Of a DNA stretch of 64,000 nt, positions 27,703 through 37,957 are shown piece after piece (position 1 is the first letter of the stretch; the number at the start of each line of letters is the position of its first letter). The translations under genes were made by a program, and so were the position numbers. The stretch lies in sequence record MG748547; one strand, 5' to 3'. Below the pieces are notes generated by a model. The model did no database searches, was not told the DNA's origin, and was given only the letters and a program-made list of their open reading frames with translations. The stretch comes from Escherichia phage EP75.

Positions 27703-28540
27703 TAATGGACACAATGGGGTTAAGTATGAAACCCCATTGTTCTATCAGAACGATTTTCCTCTGTTCATAGAGTTCATGGACACGTTCTTTAATTGGCTGT
27801 ATCGGCAGCAGGGCTTCACTCAAGAAGAAATTTTGGCATATCTGGCAGACACTTCGAGTTGGATGAACCCTGAAAGTGAAGATTCTCCTGTTAAACAACT
27901 CATAGATTTGAAGGCCGACAAAACGCCAGGCTCTGAAGCCAAAGATTATCTGTCAGATAAATTTTTGGTCAGAACATTTGAGAACATGATGGCACTTGAT
28001 GCTGAGACGTTGTTGGATGCTGATGGAAGACCATTATTTTCTATTGAAGATAAGAATAAGCAGATAGACGACTGGTATAATGATTTTGGGTTTCAACGAA
28101 CTGTCGATAAATCATTTCAAGAATTTGGACATTTTATCCCAGTCGGTTCGGATTCGTTGTTGACGGCCACGGGCGATACGTTCTCTGTCTATATTGAAGG
28201 AACTAACCGAAGAACTCTGGATCATCCGCGTTGGCTTAAATTGTTGAAGCACATCTATAAAATACGTGGAACAAAGAAAGCGATTGAATTGTTCTTTTGG
28301 ATATATTTCGGTTGTCCAGTCAGCGTCTATTTTACGAAAGAAGACATAGGCGGTCTGGACGGAAATTTTGAATGTGACGGCACGACAGGGATGCGTGATG
28401 ATTACTATTATGATGAATACACTTATGTTATAGGAGTCCCAGGCGACGTATCTGATTTTGAAGGTGTGTTTGAACGCGTCTTCCGTCAGCATTTCCATCC
28501 TGCTGGATTTACTGTATTCCTAGAAAGCACAAGGAGCTAA
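27686..28540 (+). CDS. baseplate-associated structural protein
   Basis: 284-aa ORF coupled to gp6-like gene. Confidence 0.45.
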   Translation: MSKDLNNGHNGVKYETPLFYQNDFPLFIEFMDTFFNWLYRQQGFTQEEILAYLADTSSWMNPESEDSPVKQLIDLKADKTPGSEAKDYLSDKFLVRTFENMMALDAETLLDADGRPLFSIEDKNKQIDDWYNDFGFQRTVDKSFQEFGHFIPVGSDSLLTATGDTFSVYIEGTNRRTLDHPRWLKLLKHIYKIRGTKKAIELFFWIYFGCPVSVYFTKEDIGGLDGNFECDGTTGMRDDYYYDEYTYVIGVPGDVSDFEGVFERVFRQHFHPAGFTVFLESTRS

Positions 28541-28542
28541 AA

Positions 28543-29733
28543 ATGGCCGATTTCCTGAGTCAATATACAGGTCAGCAGATAGATCAGATATTAGGTTCTG
28601 TTGATGACAAAGTAAGTAAAAACGACGTCATTGATGATTTTGAAGTCAGTGACCCATTGTTTCCGCCTTCTGCTCGCCTGACTTATGAGTTGAAAAGGTC
28701 TGTGGATACGATTAATGACACCCTGACCAACAAAGTTATAAGAACGGATAGTGGTGAACAGACAATCAACGGTAAGAAGACATTTAATGCGCTGTTGGTG
28801 ACCAATGGGGGCATACAAGTCCCCGCTGGGAAATCTGTTTCAATCGCGGACGAACCAACCAACTCAACAGACGGTGTCAACCTGAGTATGTTGAGGAAAC
28901 ATGGTGTCAGTGAAGACACTACCCCGCCTGGTTCTGGTTTGGCTGGGGAGTTGTTGACATCCGGATATTACAAATTCAATTTGGATTTCACCAGATTGTC
29001 TGCGTATACCGGACCAACGTTGCCGACTTCAGTTCCTGTGCAGACAGATTCTGGAGCGCGTTATTGGACAATGACTGCATTTTTTGATGCGTTGTTTGCA
29101 GACAACCGATTTAATGGATATGTGACAACGACAGCGTATGACGCAGATATGCTGAGTCTAGAGTCTCAGATTAATAACATCAACACGTCGTTGAACGGGA
29201 AAGTCAACACCTCGACTTACAACACTAAGATGGCGTCGTTGGATTTGAGTATCTCCAATATCAACACGTCTCTGGGTAATAAAGTCGAGGTCAGCACGTA
29301 CAACACGAAGATGACATCTCTGGATAACAGCATCAGTTCTCTTTCCAGTGATAAAGTTAGTGTATCAACGTATAATGCCAAGATGACCTCTATCGACAAC
29401 AGTTTGGGGAACGCCGTTTATCGTACCAAAACGAATTTGTCGTCATACACGGTTTCGGCTTCGGGAACGACGGCTCTTCCAGATTTTGATTTGGTGAACC
29501 TTTGTCAAATACTGGTAACTGCGCAATGGGGGACAGGTAACGTTGTTGACACATATCGAGTAACCATAACTCGTGACGGAACGATCAAATCAGAGTTGTT
29601 GGTTCAGAAAAGTACGAGCGGTACAGTGACGTTCACAGGGGCTGTGGTGGGTGGTAAATTGAGAATTTCCGTTGTTAATGCAAATACAACAACCGCTTGT
29701 TCTGTCGATTATTCTATTACAGCTTCTTTCTAA
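28543..29733 (+). CDS. tail fiber-like structural protein with tandem ~20-aa repeats
   Basis: repeats ...STYNTKM(A/T)SLD(N)SIS... x3-4; coupled to baseplate genes. Confidence 0.5.
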   Translation: MADFLSQYTGQQIDQILGSVDDKVSKNDVIDDFEVSDPLFPPSARLTYELKRSVDTINDTLTNKVIRTDSGEQTINGKKTFNALLVTNGGIQVPAGKSVSIADEPTNSTDGVNLSMLRKHGVSEDTTPPGSGLAGELLTSGYYKFNLDFTRLSAYTGPTLPTSVPVQTDSGARYWTMTAFFDALFADNRFNGYVTTTAYDADMLSLESQINNINTSLNGKVNTSTYNTKMASLDLSISNINTSLGNKVEVSTYNTKMTSLDNSISSLSSDKVSVSTYNAKMTSIDNSLGNAVYRTKTNLSSYTVSASGTTALPDFDLVNLCQILVTAQWGTGNVVDTYRVTITRDGTIKSELLVQKSTSGTVTFTGAVVGGKLRISVVNANTTTACSVDYSITASF

Positions 29734-29735
29734 AA

Positions 29736-29742
29736 CTAAATA
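29736..29742 (+). promoter_or_regulatory. late-promoter-like motif CTAAATA followed by hairpin
   Basis: AACTAAATACCCCTAGATGACATGAATACATTTAGGGGTATT upstream of tail spike gene. Confidence 0.4.
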
Positions 29743-29779
29743 CCCCTAGATGACATGAATACATTTAGGGGTATTACAA

Positions 29780-32700
29780 ATGGCCAACAAACCAACACAG
29801 CCTCTTTTCCCTTTGGGTTTAGAAACTTCTGAGTCTTCGAACATAAAAGGCTTCAACAACTCCGGCACTATTGAGCATTCCCCTGGTGCCGTAATGACAT
29901 TCCCTGAAGATACTGAAGTTGCAGGTCTTCCATCTTCTGTGCGTTACAATCCCGATAGCGATGAATTTGAAGGTTATTACGAAAACGGTGGTTGGTTGTC
30001 TTTGGGGGGCGGCGGAATACGCTGGGAAACGCTCCCTCACGCTCCCTCTAGCAATTTGTTAGAAGGTCGCGGCTATCTCATTAATAACACCACAGGGGCA
30101 TCTACAGTGGTTCTCCCTTCCCCTACGCGTGTTGGGGATTCCGTTACTATTTGTGATGCCTATGGGAAATTCGCGACGTATCCATTGACCGTATCTCCAG
30201 CGGGAAATAACCTGTATGGTTCCACTGAAGACATGGCTATAACAACTGATAACGTATCAGCAACGTTCACTTGGTCTGGACCTGAACAAGGTTGGGTTAT
30301 CACATCCGGCGTCGGCCTTGGCCAAGGCCGTGTCTACAGTCGTGAAATCTTTACACAAATTTTGGCGTCTGAAACAAGTGCTGTCACTCTCAATACTCCA
30401 CCAACAATCGTGGACGTGTACGCTGACGGAAAACGTCTTGCGGAATCCAAATATTCACTAGATGGGAATGTGATCACTTTCAGTCCTTCTTTGCCAGCCA
30501 GCACAGAACTTCAGGTGATTGAATATACTCCTATTCAATTGGGTAATGGCGGTGGTTCTGGTTCTTCTACGATTACCTGGGTCTATAATGGGGGTTCAGC
30601 GGTTGGCGGTGAAACCGAAATCACGTTAGACATCGTTGTCGATGATGTTCCAGCCATTGATATAAACGGAAGTCGCCAGTATAAAAATCTGGGGTTCACA
30701 TTCGATTCATTAACCAGTAAAATCACTCTTGCGCAAGAACTGGATGCAGAGGATGAAGTTGTTGTAATTATCAATGGAACGCCAAACATCTATAATCAAA
30801 TTGATTATACTTTGCGGGAAGTGGCTCGTGTAACCAATGTTAAAGATACAGAGGTCATTTATTTTAGTGTTGGTGCTGTGTTAAGTGGGTATAAAGTTAT
30901 CTATGATAAAGTAACACAGAGATCATATTTTATTCCAGAGCTACCGACTGGAACCACGGCAGTCAGCCTTAGTTCTTCGGCTGTACTTGTGCATTCAGCT
31001 GGTAGTGTTGATCTGGGCGCATTAGCTGTATCTCGCGAAGAGTATGTTACCTTGTCTGGGACATTTGATTCTGGTGCTGTCATCAATACTAAAAATGAAT
31101 TACTCACCCATACGAACGGTAAGTATCGCTGGGATGGTTCACTTCCTAAAACTGTCGATGCTGGATCAACACCTGAAACATCTGGTGGAGTTGGTATTGG
31201 TGAATGGGTAAGTGTTGGTGATGCTTCTTTAAGATCTGATTTGAATTCGACAAATGGAGCTGGAATTGTAAAAACTGGAAATGGGAATACTGTACAAGAA
31301 ACATTTGATTTTATAAAAAATGTTCAACAAACAAATCTACATCCTTTTGTTCCTTCAGGCAATTTCGGTTCTGGACTTCCTTTTGATTCTTCGTTACAGG
31401 TATTCAAGTATAATGATGAATATTACTCATACAAAGGACCTATTGTCCCAGGTTCGACAGTTCCGGCAACCCCATCCGTTGACTCAAACTGGAAAAAAGA
31501 ACCTATTTCTGATTACATAGAAAATTACGGTGGTGGTGTGCATGTAGCTGATCAGACACCTGCAATTATGGCGGCTATATCTGCTGGTGTTCGCCGTATC
31601 ATATTTCCTAAAGGTGAACTTAGAATGTCTCAGTGTGATATCCCAGAGTACACACAAGGCCTCACGTTTGAAGGGCAAGGTGCCAATCAGGCGTACACTG
31701 GAACAACAGTGATCAAACCGTTAAATGATAATCAAAATTGTTTATTTAATTCTGGCGTAAACCAGCACGGACAGGATTCTATAAAATTTAAAAACATTCA
31801 ATTTGACGGAGAATGGCGTTGCAATCATGCAATATTGCATGAGTCTGGAGCTGGTTGGTACTATGAAAAACTGACAGGTAAAAATTTCAATACATGGGTT
31901 ATCTACGATGATCAGGGTTTGACTGTAATGCGTGACGTTTATACCGAAGCAACCAGTTCAGATCTGACGAAAAGAGCTACAGGTGGGTGTATCCGTATAT
32001 ACTCAGATTCTGTAATGGACACCGTAAACTGTTATGGTGGAAGTGTTCCGCTATTGCTCGCTGCTGGTGGAAACCGAATTACGAATATCTGGGCAAATGG
32101 TGGGTATGATGTTGGCGCAATAATGTTGATGCCAAAAAATGACAGTACTAACCATATCAATACCGCTATGAGCAATATCTATATCGGAGAAAGCACAAAT
32201 ACATCTGCAACTGCAATTCCAGTTCTTCACATACAAGGTAACTCAATTCGTCGCGTATCTGGTGTTCAGATTTCAAATGCACATTTTGTGCATGCTGACT
32301 TGACTCTCAATACAAACATGGTGATGATACGAACCGATAAAGTTGATGGTTTTGTGATGTCATCTTTTGATGTTCTTGGACGAGGCGAGTACAGTTCTGC
32401 AAGCAGTCGCACATATAATTTCTTAAATGCGACAGATTCTACCGGAATGGCTTTTTCTGCCGGAAGTGTAAGAGGTATTAATAATAACCCAATAGTTTTA
32501 TCATCAGGGTCTAGGTTAGCTATTGATGCCGTTGAATTCGATGGGTGGAGTACGAACTCTGATTCAGGTATAGAGAATAAAGCTGCTATACGTTCATCTG
32601 GTGCTGGAACAAGGTGCTGCATTGGTAGCTCATGTACTTTCAATGCTTCGCAAGCGGATGCTTACGCTGTGTATGCAGGGGATGAATTTGCAGTTGATAT

Positions 32701-32821
32701 TTCTATTCTTAATCTTAACTATCCTAGTAGCAATATAATAATTCCTGCAAATACAAATTACAGTTACATGTATAAGCGACCAGGCGGAAAATTAACCTTA
32801 GTCAACACATTGACAATTTGA
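29780..32821 (+). CDS. tail spike protein (longest N-terminal extension; shared spike module at aa ~340-480)
   Basis: contains module EVIYFSVGAVLSGYKVIYDKVTQRSY...SVDLGALAVSREEYVTL...GKYRWDGSLPKTVDAGS shared with three downstream genes. Confidence 0.7.
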   Translation: MANKPTQPLFPLGLETSESSNIKGFNNSGTIEHSPGAVMTFPEDTEVAGLPSSVRYNPDSDEFEGYYENGGWLSLGGGGIRWETLPHAPSSNLLEGRGYLINNTTGASTVVLPSPTRVGDSVTICDAYGKFATYPLTVSPAGNNLYGSTEDMAITTDNVSATFTWSGPEQGWVITSGVGLGQGRVYSREIFTQILASETSAVTLNTPPTIVDVYADGKRLAESKYSLDGNVITFSPSLPASTELQVIEYTPIQLGNGGGSGSSTITWVYNGGSAVGGETEITLDIVVDDVPAIDINGSRQYKNLGFTFDSLTSKITLAQELDAEDEVVVIINGTPNIYNQIDYTLREVARVTNVKDTEVIYFSVGAVLSGYKVIYDKVTQRSYFIPELPTGTTAVSLSSSAVLVHSAGSVDLGALAVSREEYVTLSGTFDSGAVINTKNELLTHTNGKYRWDGSLPKTVDAGSTPETSGGVGIGEWVSVGDASLRSDLNSTNGAGIVKTGNGNTVQETFDFIKNVQQTNLHPFVPSGNFGSGLPFDSSLQVFKYNDEYYSYKGPIVPGSTVPATPSVDSNWKKEPISDYIENYGGGVHVADQTPAIMAAISAGVRRIIFPKGELRMSQCDIPEYTQGLTFEGQGANQAYTGTTVIKPLNDNQNCLFNSGVNQHGQDSIKFKNIQFDGEWRCNHAILHESGAGWYYEKLTGKNFNTWVIYDDQGLTVMRDVYTEATSSDLTKRATGGCIRIYSDSVMDTVNCYGGSVPLLLAAGGNRITNIWANGGYDVGAIMLMPKNDSTNHINTAMSNIYIGESTNTSATAIPVLHIQGNSIRRVSGVQISNAHFVHADLTLNTNMVMIRTDKVDGFVMSSFDVLGRGEYSSASSRTYNFLNATDSTGMAFSAGSVRGINNNPIVLSSGSRLAIDAVEFDGWSTNSDSGIENKAAIRSSGAGTRCCIGSSCTFNASQADAYAVYAGDEFAVDISILNLNYPSSNIIIPANTNYSYMYKRPGGKLTLVNTLTI

Positions 32822-32860
32822 TAACAAGAACCCATGATTCATAAATTTTATTAGTTCAGA

Positions 32861-32867
32861 CTAAATA
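32861..32867 (+). promoter_or_regulatory. late-promoter-like motif CTAAATA + conserved hairpin
   Basis: AGTTCAGACTAAATACCCCATATTGG...TATGGGGTAT; near-identical ~60-bp block at 35072..35134. Confidence 0.4.
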
Positions 32868-32900
32868 CCCCATATTGGTCATCCTTTATGGGGTATTATC

Positions 32901-35027
32901 ATGATTTCTCAATTCAATCAACCACGCGGCTCCACTTCTATAGAAGTTAACAAACAATCTATCGCTCGAAATTTCGGTGTCAAAGAAGACGAAGTCATTT
33001 ATTTCACTGCTGGTATTGATCTCAGTGGATTTAAAGTAATTTATGATGAGTCTACCCAACGGGCTTATTCTCTTCCTTCAGGTATTGTTTCAGGAACGAC
33101 TGCGATAAGTCTGAACGAACAAGCCATCCTTACTCATTCTTCTGGCTCTGTTGACCTTGGGGAATTAGCAGTAAGTCGCGAAGAATATGTGACTTTACCT
33201 GGTTCTTTTAATTTCGGCCATACCATTAATGTGAAAAATGAACTTCTTGTTCACGATGATAAAAAATATCGATGGGATGGTTCACTTCCTAAAACTGTCG
33301 ATGCTGGCTCAACACCTGAAACATCTGGTGGCGTTGGTTTAGGTGCATGGTTGAGTGTTGGTGACGCAGCATTTAGACAGGAAGCCAACAAAAAATTCAA
33401 ATATTCAGTAAAGTTATCTGATTATTCTACATTACAGGATGCAGCGACAGCAGCCGTAGATGGATTGCTTATTGATATCAATTACAACTTCACAGATGGT
33501 GAGTCTGTAGATTTTGGTGGTAAGACTTTAACCATTAACTGTAAGGCTAAGTTTATTGGAGATGGGGCTTTAATCTTTAATAATATGGGGCCAGGCTCGG
33601 TAATTAATCAACCATTCATGGAGAGCAAGACTACTCCATGGGTCATTTTCCCGTGGGATGCTGATGGTAAATGGATTACAGATGCTGCCCTTGTTGCTGC
33701 AACGCTGAAGCAATCAAAGATTGAAGGCTATCAACCTGGGGTAAATGACTGGGTTAAATTCCCTGGATTAGAGGCATTACTCCCACAGAACGTTAAAGAC
33801 CAACATATTACAGCCACTCTAGATATTCGCAGTGCCAGCCGAGTAGAAATAAGAAATGCTGGTGGTCTTATGGCTGCTTACCTTTTCCGTAGTTGTCATC
33901 ACTGCAAGGTAATTGATTCAGATAGCATCATTGGTGGTAAAGATGGAATCATTACCTTTGAGAACCTTAGTGGTGATTGGGGATTAGGTAATTATGTTAT
34001 TGGTGGACGTGTTCATTATGGTTCTGGTAGTGGTGTTCAGTTCCTGAGAAATAATGGTGGTGAATCCCACAATGGTGGAGTTATTGGTGTTACATCATGG
34101 CGAGCTGGTGAGTCTGGTTTCAAGACTTATCAGGGTTCCGTTGGTGGTGGTACTGCACGTAACTATAATCTACAGTTCAGGGATTCTGTTGCATTGTCTC
34201 CTGTTTGGGATGGTTTTGACTTGGGTTCTGACCCAGGTATGGCACCAGAACCGGATAGACCTGGGGATTTACCTGTATCTGAATATCCATTCCACCAACT
34301 GCCTAATAACCATTTGGTTGATAATATTCTTGTTATGAACTCACTTGGTGTTGGTTTAGGTATGGATGGTCGTGGTGGGTATGTTTCTAACGTTACCGTA
34401 CAGGATTGTGCTGGTGCAGGTATGCTTGCACATACTTACAACCGTGTATTTTCTAACATTACAGTTATTGATTGTAACTACCTTAATTTTGATTCTGACC
34501 AAATTATCATTATAGGTGATTGTATTGTTAATGGGATTAAGGCTGCTGGGATTAAACCACAACCATCAAATGGCCTGGTTATCAGTGCACCAAACTCCAC
34601 AATAAGTGGGTTGGTCGGTAATGTTCCTCCAGATAAAATTCTTGTTGGTAACTTACTTGACCCAGTATTAGGTCAGTCTAGAGTCATCGGGTTCAATAGT
34701 GATACTGCTGAGTTGGCTCTACGTATTAACAAGCTGTCAGCTACTCTGGATAGTGGTGCTTTACGTTCCCATCTGAACGGTTCTGCTGGTTCTGGTTCAG
34801 CATGGACTGAGTTAACTGCACTCTCTGGTTCAACCCCTAATGCTGTATCTCTCAAGGTTAACCGAGGAGATTATAAGACAACTGAGCTACCTATTTCTGG
34901 TACAGTATTACCGGATGAAGGTGTGTTGGATATTAATACAATGTCCTTGTACTTAGATGCGGGTGCACTGTGGGCTTTGATACGACTCCCTGATGGAAGT
35001 AAAACACGTATGAAGTTATCTGTGTAA
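32901..35027 (+). CDS. tail spike protein
   Basis: shared spike module at N-terminus; divergent C-terminal region. Confidence 0.7.
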   Translation: MISQFNQPRGSTSIEVNKQSIARNFGVKEDEVIYFTAGIDLSGFKVIYDESTQRAYSLPSGIVSGTTAISLNEQAILTHSSGSVDLGELAVSREEYVTLPGSFNFGHTINVKNELLVHDDKKYRWDGSLPKTVDAGSTPETSGGVGLGAWLSVGDAAFRQEANKKFKYSVKLSDYSTLQDAATAAVDGLLIDINYNFTDGESVDFGGKTLTINCKAKFIGDGALIFNNMGPGSVINQPFMESKTTPWVIFPWDADGKWITDAALVAATLKQSKIEGYQPGVNDWVKFPGLEALLPQNVKDQHITATLDIRSASRVEIRNAGGLMAAYLFRSCHHCKVIDSDSIIGGKDGIITFENLSGDWGLGNYVIGGRVHYGSGSGVQFLRNNGGESHNGGVIGVTSWRAGESGFKTYQGSVGGGTARNYNLQFRDSVALSPVWDGFDLGSDPGMAPEPDRPGDLPVSEYPFHQLPNNHLVDNILVMNSLGVGLGMDGRGGYVSNVTVQDCAGAGMLAHTYNRVFSNITVIDCNYLNFDSDQIIIIGDCIVNGIKAAGIKPQPSNGLVISAPNSTISGLVGNVPPDKILVGNLLDPVLGQSRVIGFNSDTAELALRINKLSATLDSGALRSHLNGSAGSGSAWTELTALSGSTPNAVSLKVNRGDYKTTELPISGTVLPDEGVLDINTMSLYLDAGALWALIRLPDGSKTRMKLSV

Positions 35028-35040
35028 TAAGTAACTTATG

Positions 35041-35066
35041 CCCCGCTTTGGCGGGGTTCTTATTAT
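35041..35066 (+). terminator. rho-independent terminator CCCCGC-TTTG-GCGGGG + T-rich
   Basis: read directly. Confidence 0.55.
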
Positions 35067-35096
35067 ACCTTTGTTCATAAATTTTATTAGTTCAGA

Positions 35097-35103
35097 CTAA
35101 ATA
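35097..35103 (+). promoter_or_regulatory. late-promoter-like motif CTAAATA + conserved hairpin
   Basis: duplicate of 32846..32898 block. Confidence 0.4.
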
Positions 35104-35124
35104 CCCCATATTGGCAAATCCTTT

Positions 35125-37905
35125 ATGGGGTATTTTCAAATGACTAGAAATGTAGAAGAATTATTCGGCGGCGTAATCACAGCTCCCCACCAGATTCCTT
35201 TCACGTATAAATCAAATGTCGGTGGAGAAACTTTCCTTTCCTTGCCGTTCTATCCTGTCACTGGCGTAGTCACAATCAACGGTGGTATGCAAGTTCCGTT
35301 AGACAACTTTGAAATCGAAGGAAATACGTTGAATCTCGGGCGCGCATTGTCCAAAGGCGATGTTGTGTATTGCTTATTCGATAAAATTCTTTCGCCAGAA
35401 GATACAGCCAAAGGTATCCGCATATACAAATTTCAAGCCGTAGGAGGTGAAACCGAGTTCACTCCTGATTTCACATCTTATGGAGTCCAATCTCTTTATA
35501 TCGGTGGCGAGTACAAAACACCCGAAATTGAATATTCCTATAACAGCATGACAGGGAAAGTATCTTTGCAAACTGCACTGACTGCAGGCGTTTGGGTAGT
35601 CGCTGAAATGTCTGTTAGACAACCGAATATCAGTCCGGCATTTGATCGAAGTATTCAAGAAATCGCCCGTTCTGCTAATGTAAAAGACTCTGAAGTCATC
35701 GTTAGTACGGACACCATATCTTTGTTGGATGGGAAGAAAGTTGTTTATGATATAGCGACGCAAACCAGTTATGGTTTACCAACCATACCTGATGGTTCTG
35801 TCATTTCTTCTGTATCTGCTGGGAAATTGAATTACAACCCAGGTGATGTGCAGGTTGATTTGTTGCCTTTAGAAGATTCATTTATTAATGTGATAAACAC
35901 TCTGGGGCGCAATGATGGTGCCAAGTATATTGGAGAATGCCATTCTGTTGCTGATCTCAGGAATACTGAACCCACTATGGATGGACAACGCATTATTCTT
36001 AAGCAACACACTGCGGGTACTCTTCTTGGTGGAGGGGTATTCCGTGCGTTAATTGATGGTACAGGAAAGACTGATAATAACGGTACTGTGATCAAAACTG
36101 TTGGCGGCGCAGCATGGTTACGTGTTAATGCTGATAGAGTTAACCCATTCATGTTTGGTGCTTTGGGTGGTTCTAATGATGATACTATTCCAGTACAATC
36201 TTGTGTGGATAGTGGTAAGGCCACACAATTAACTGATGCACATTACGTTAGCAATATCCAGTTAAAATATAATACGTCGTCTATTTATGGGTCTGGATTA
36301 CATTACTCAAGGTTGCATCAGTTGCCTTCTGCTACTGGGAATTGTATTACCATAAAAGATACATGCTCCCTTATTGTATTAGACGCCTTTGGGGTATATG
36401 GCACAGGTGCACAACAAGGCACGTCATTTACTGCGGGCACAACAGGTATCTATGTAGAAACTCCTTCAGGTCTCTCAGCCGATTATCCGTTCCACACTAC
36501 CGCAGACCCAAGACGCGACTTGTGTATTTCTAAAGTCCATATAGCAGGTTTTGATGAATATGGGTTAAATATTGATAGTGGTAACTTTAGTGTTACTACA
36601 GATTCTCTTTTAGTCAACCACATCAATCAGGTGGGTGTCCGTTGTGCTACTACTGATTGGACTTGGACAAATATCCAGGTTAATACCTGCGGTAAACAAT
36701 GTCTGGTTCTTGATGGTTGTGGTAATGGTCGTATTATTGGCGGTAAATTCATTTGGGCTAACTGGCAACCTTATGGTACAGTAGGACAGTTCCCAGGCAT
36801 TACTATTAATAACAGCCAGAATATGGTTATTAATGGTATTGAGGTACAAGATTGTGGTGGGAATGGCATTGAGATTAGCGATTCATATTCAATTTCCATG
36901 AACGGATTGAACACCAATCGTAACGGCATCAATGCTAACAACACTTTCTACAACATCGTATTTAACAAAAGTGATGCAGTTATCAACGGATTCGTAGGAC
37001 TCAATTATGCCGCGAATAGTGGTTCAGGTGCTAACTCTAGTGCAGGCAATTTTCAGTTCCTGTCTAATGATTGTAGTGTCACCATTAATGGTGTGGTTGA
37101 GACTGGTTATATGGGCATTAACTTTATTGGTGATAACAATATTATCAACCCCACCAATTCCGACCTGAGCATTAACGGATTGGTTAATTATTCCAAGACT
37201 GGTTTGCAAACCATGAACGAGACCCCTACATTTGATGGTGTTAGCACTACACCTGTTTATGTAAGTGTCCCATCTTCTGTAGGGCAAGTAAATGGTCTGA
37301 GACTATCACAAGCCAACAAAGATAAATTACTGTACTCAAGAACAGCAGGTCCAGAAGGTATTACCATGGCTGCTGTTATAGTACCTACTATATCTGGAGC
37401 TGAAGTATTTAACTTCATGGCCATTGGTTCAGGGTTTAGTGATACATCCAACAGTCTTCATCTTCAATTAGTTATAGACGCTTCTGGAAAACAAACAATT
37501 GCTTTGCTATTGGGGGGCGATGGTACAACCCAAATTTTATCTGGGGATTTACCTAACGACCTTAAACTACAAAGTGGTGTGCCATATCATATAGCTATTG
37601 GTGCTAAACCTGGATATTTCTGGTGGAGTATTCTTAATATTCAGACGGGTAAGAGAATCAGACGGTCATTCCGAGGCGCTTATTTAGCCGTACCATTTAA
37701 TTCTATATTCGGATTAACTTCCTCATTAACATTCTTCTCGGATAGCAATGCTGGTGGGGATGCTTGTTCTGGGGTGGGCGCTAAAGTGTATGTTGGTATG
37801 TTCTCTTCTGAGAACGATTATGTAGCTTCACGATACTACAACCTGATTAATCCTGTAGACCCTACTAAGTTAATTAGTTACCGTATATTGGATTCTTCTA
37901 TTTAA
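35125..37905 (+). CDS. tail spike protein with distinct N-terminal baseplate-attachment-like domain
   Basis: weaker copy of the shared module (SEVIVSTDTISLLDGKKVVYDIATQTSYGLP); glycine/serine-rich beta-rich remainder. Confidence 0.6.
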   Translation: MGYFQMTRNVEELFGGVITAPHQIPFTYKSNVGGETFLSLPFYPVTGVVTINGGMQVPLDNFEIEGNTLNLGRALSKGDVVYCLFDKILSPEDTAKGIRIYKFQAVGGETEFTPDFTSYGVQSLYIGGEYKTPEIEYSYNSMTGKVSLQTALTAGVWVVAEMSVRQPNISPAFDRSIQEIARSANVKDSEVIVSTDTISLLDGKKVVYDIATQTSYGLPTIPDGSVISSVSAGKLNYNPGDVQVDLLPLEDSFINVINTLGRNDGAKYIGECHSVADLRNTEPTMDGQRIILKQHTAGTLLGGGVFRALIDGTGKTDNNGTVIKTVGGAAWLRVNADRVNPFMFGALGGSNDDTIPVQSCVDSGKATQLTDAHYVSNIQLKYNTSSIYGSGLHYSRLHQLPSATGNCITIKDTCSLIVLDAFGVYGTGAQQGTSFTAGTTGIYVETPSGLSADYPFHTTADPRRDLCISKVHIAGFDEYGLNIDSGNFSVTTDSLLVNHINQVGVRCATTDWTWTNIQVNTCGKQCLVLDGCGNGRIIGGKFIWANWQPYGTVGQFPGITINNSQNMVINGIEVQDCGGNGIEISDSYSISMNGLNTNRNGINANNTFYNIVFNKSDAVINGFVGLNYAANSGSGANSSAGNFQFLSNDCSVTINGVVETGYMGINFIGDNNIINPTNSDLSINGLVNYSKTGLQTMNETPTFDGVSTTPVYVSVPSSVGQVNGLRLSQANKDKLLYSRTAGPEGITMAAVIVPTISGAEVFNFMAIGSGFSDTSNSLHLQLVIDASGKQTIALLLGGDGTTQILSGDLPNDLKLQSGVPYHIAIGAKPGYFWWSILNIQTGKRIRRSFRGAYLAVPFNSIFGLTSSLTFFSDSNAGGDACSGVGAKVYVGMFSSENDYVASRYYNLINPVDPTKLISYRILDSSI

Positions 37906-37957
37906 AAAATATACCCCTCTTCGGAGGGGTCTTTACTAGAAAAACAATGAGGTACTT

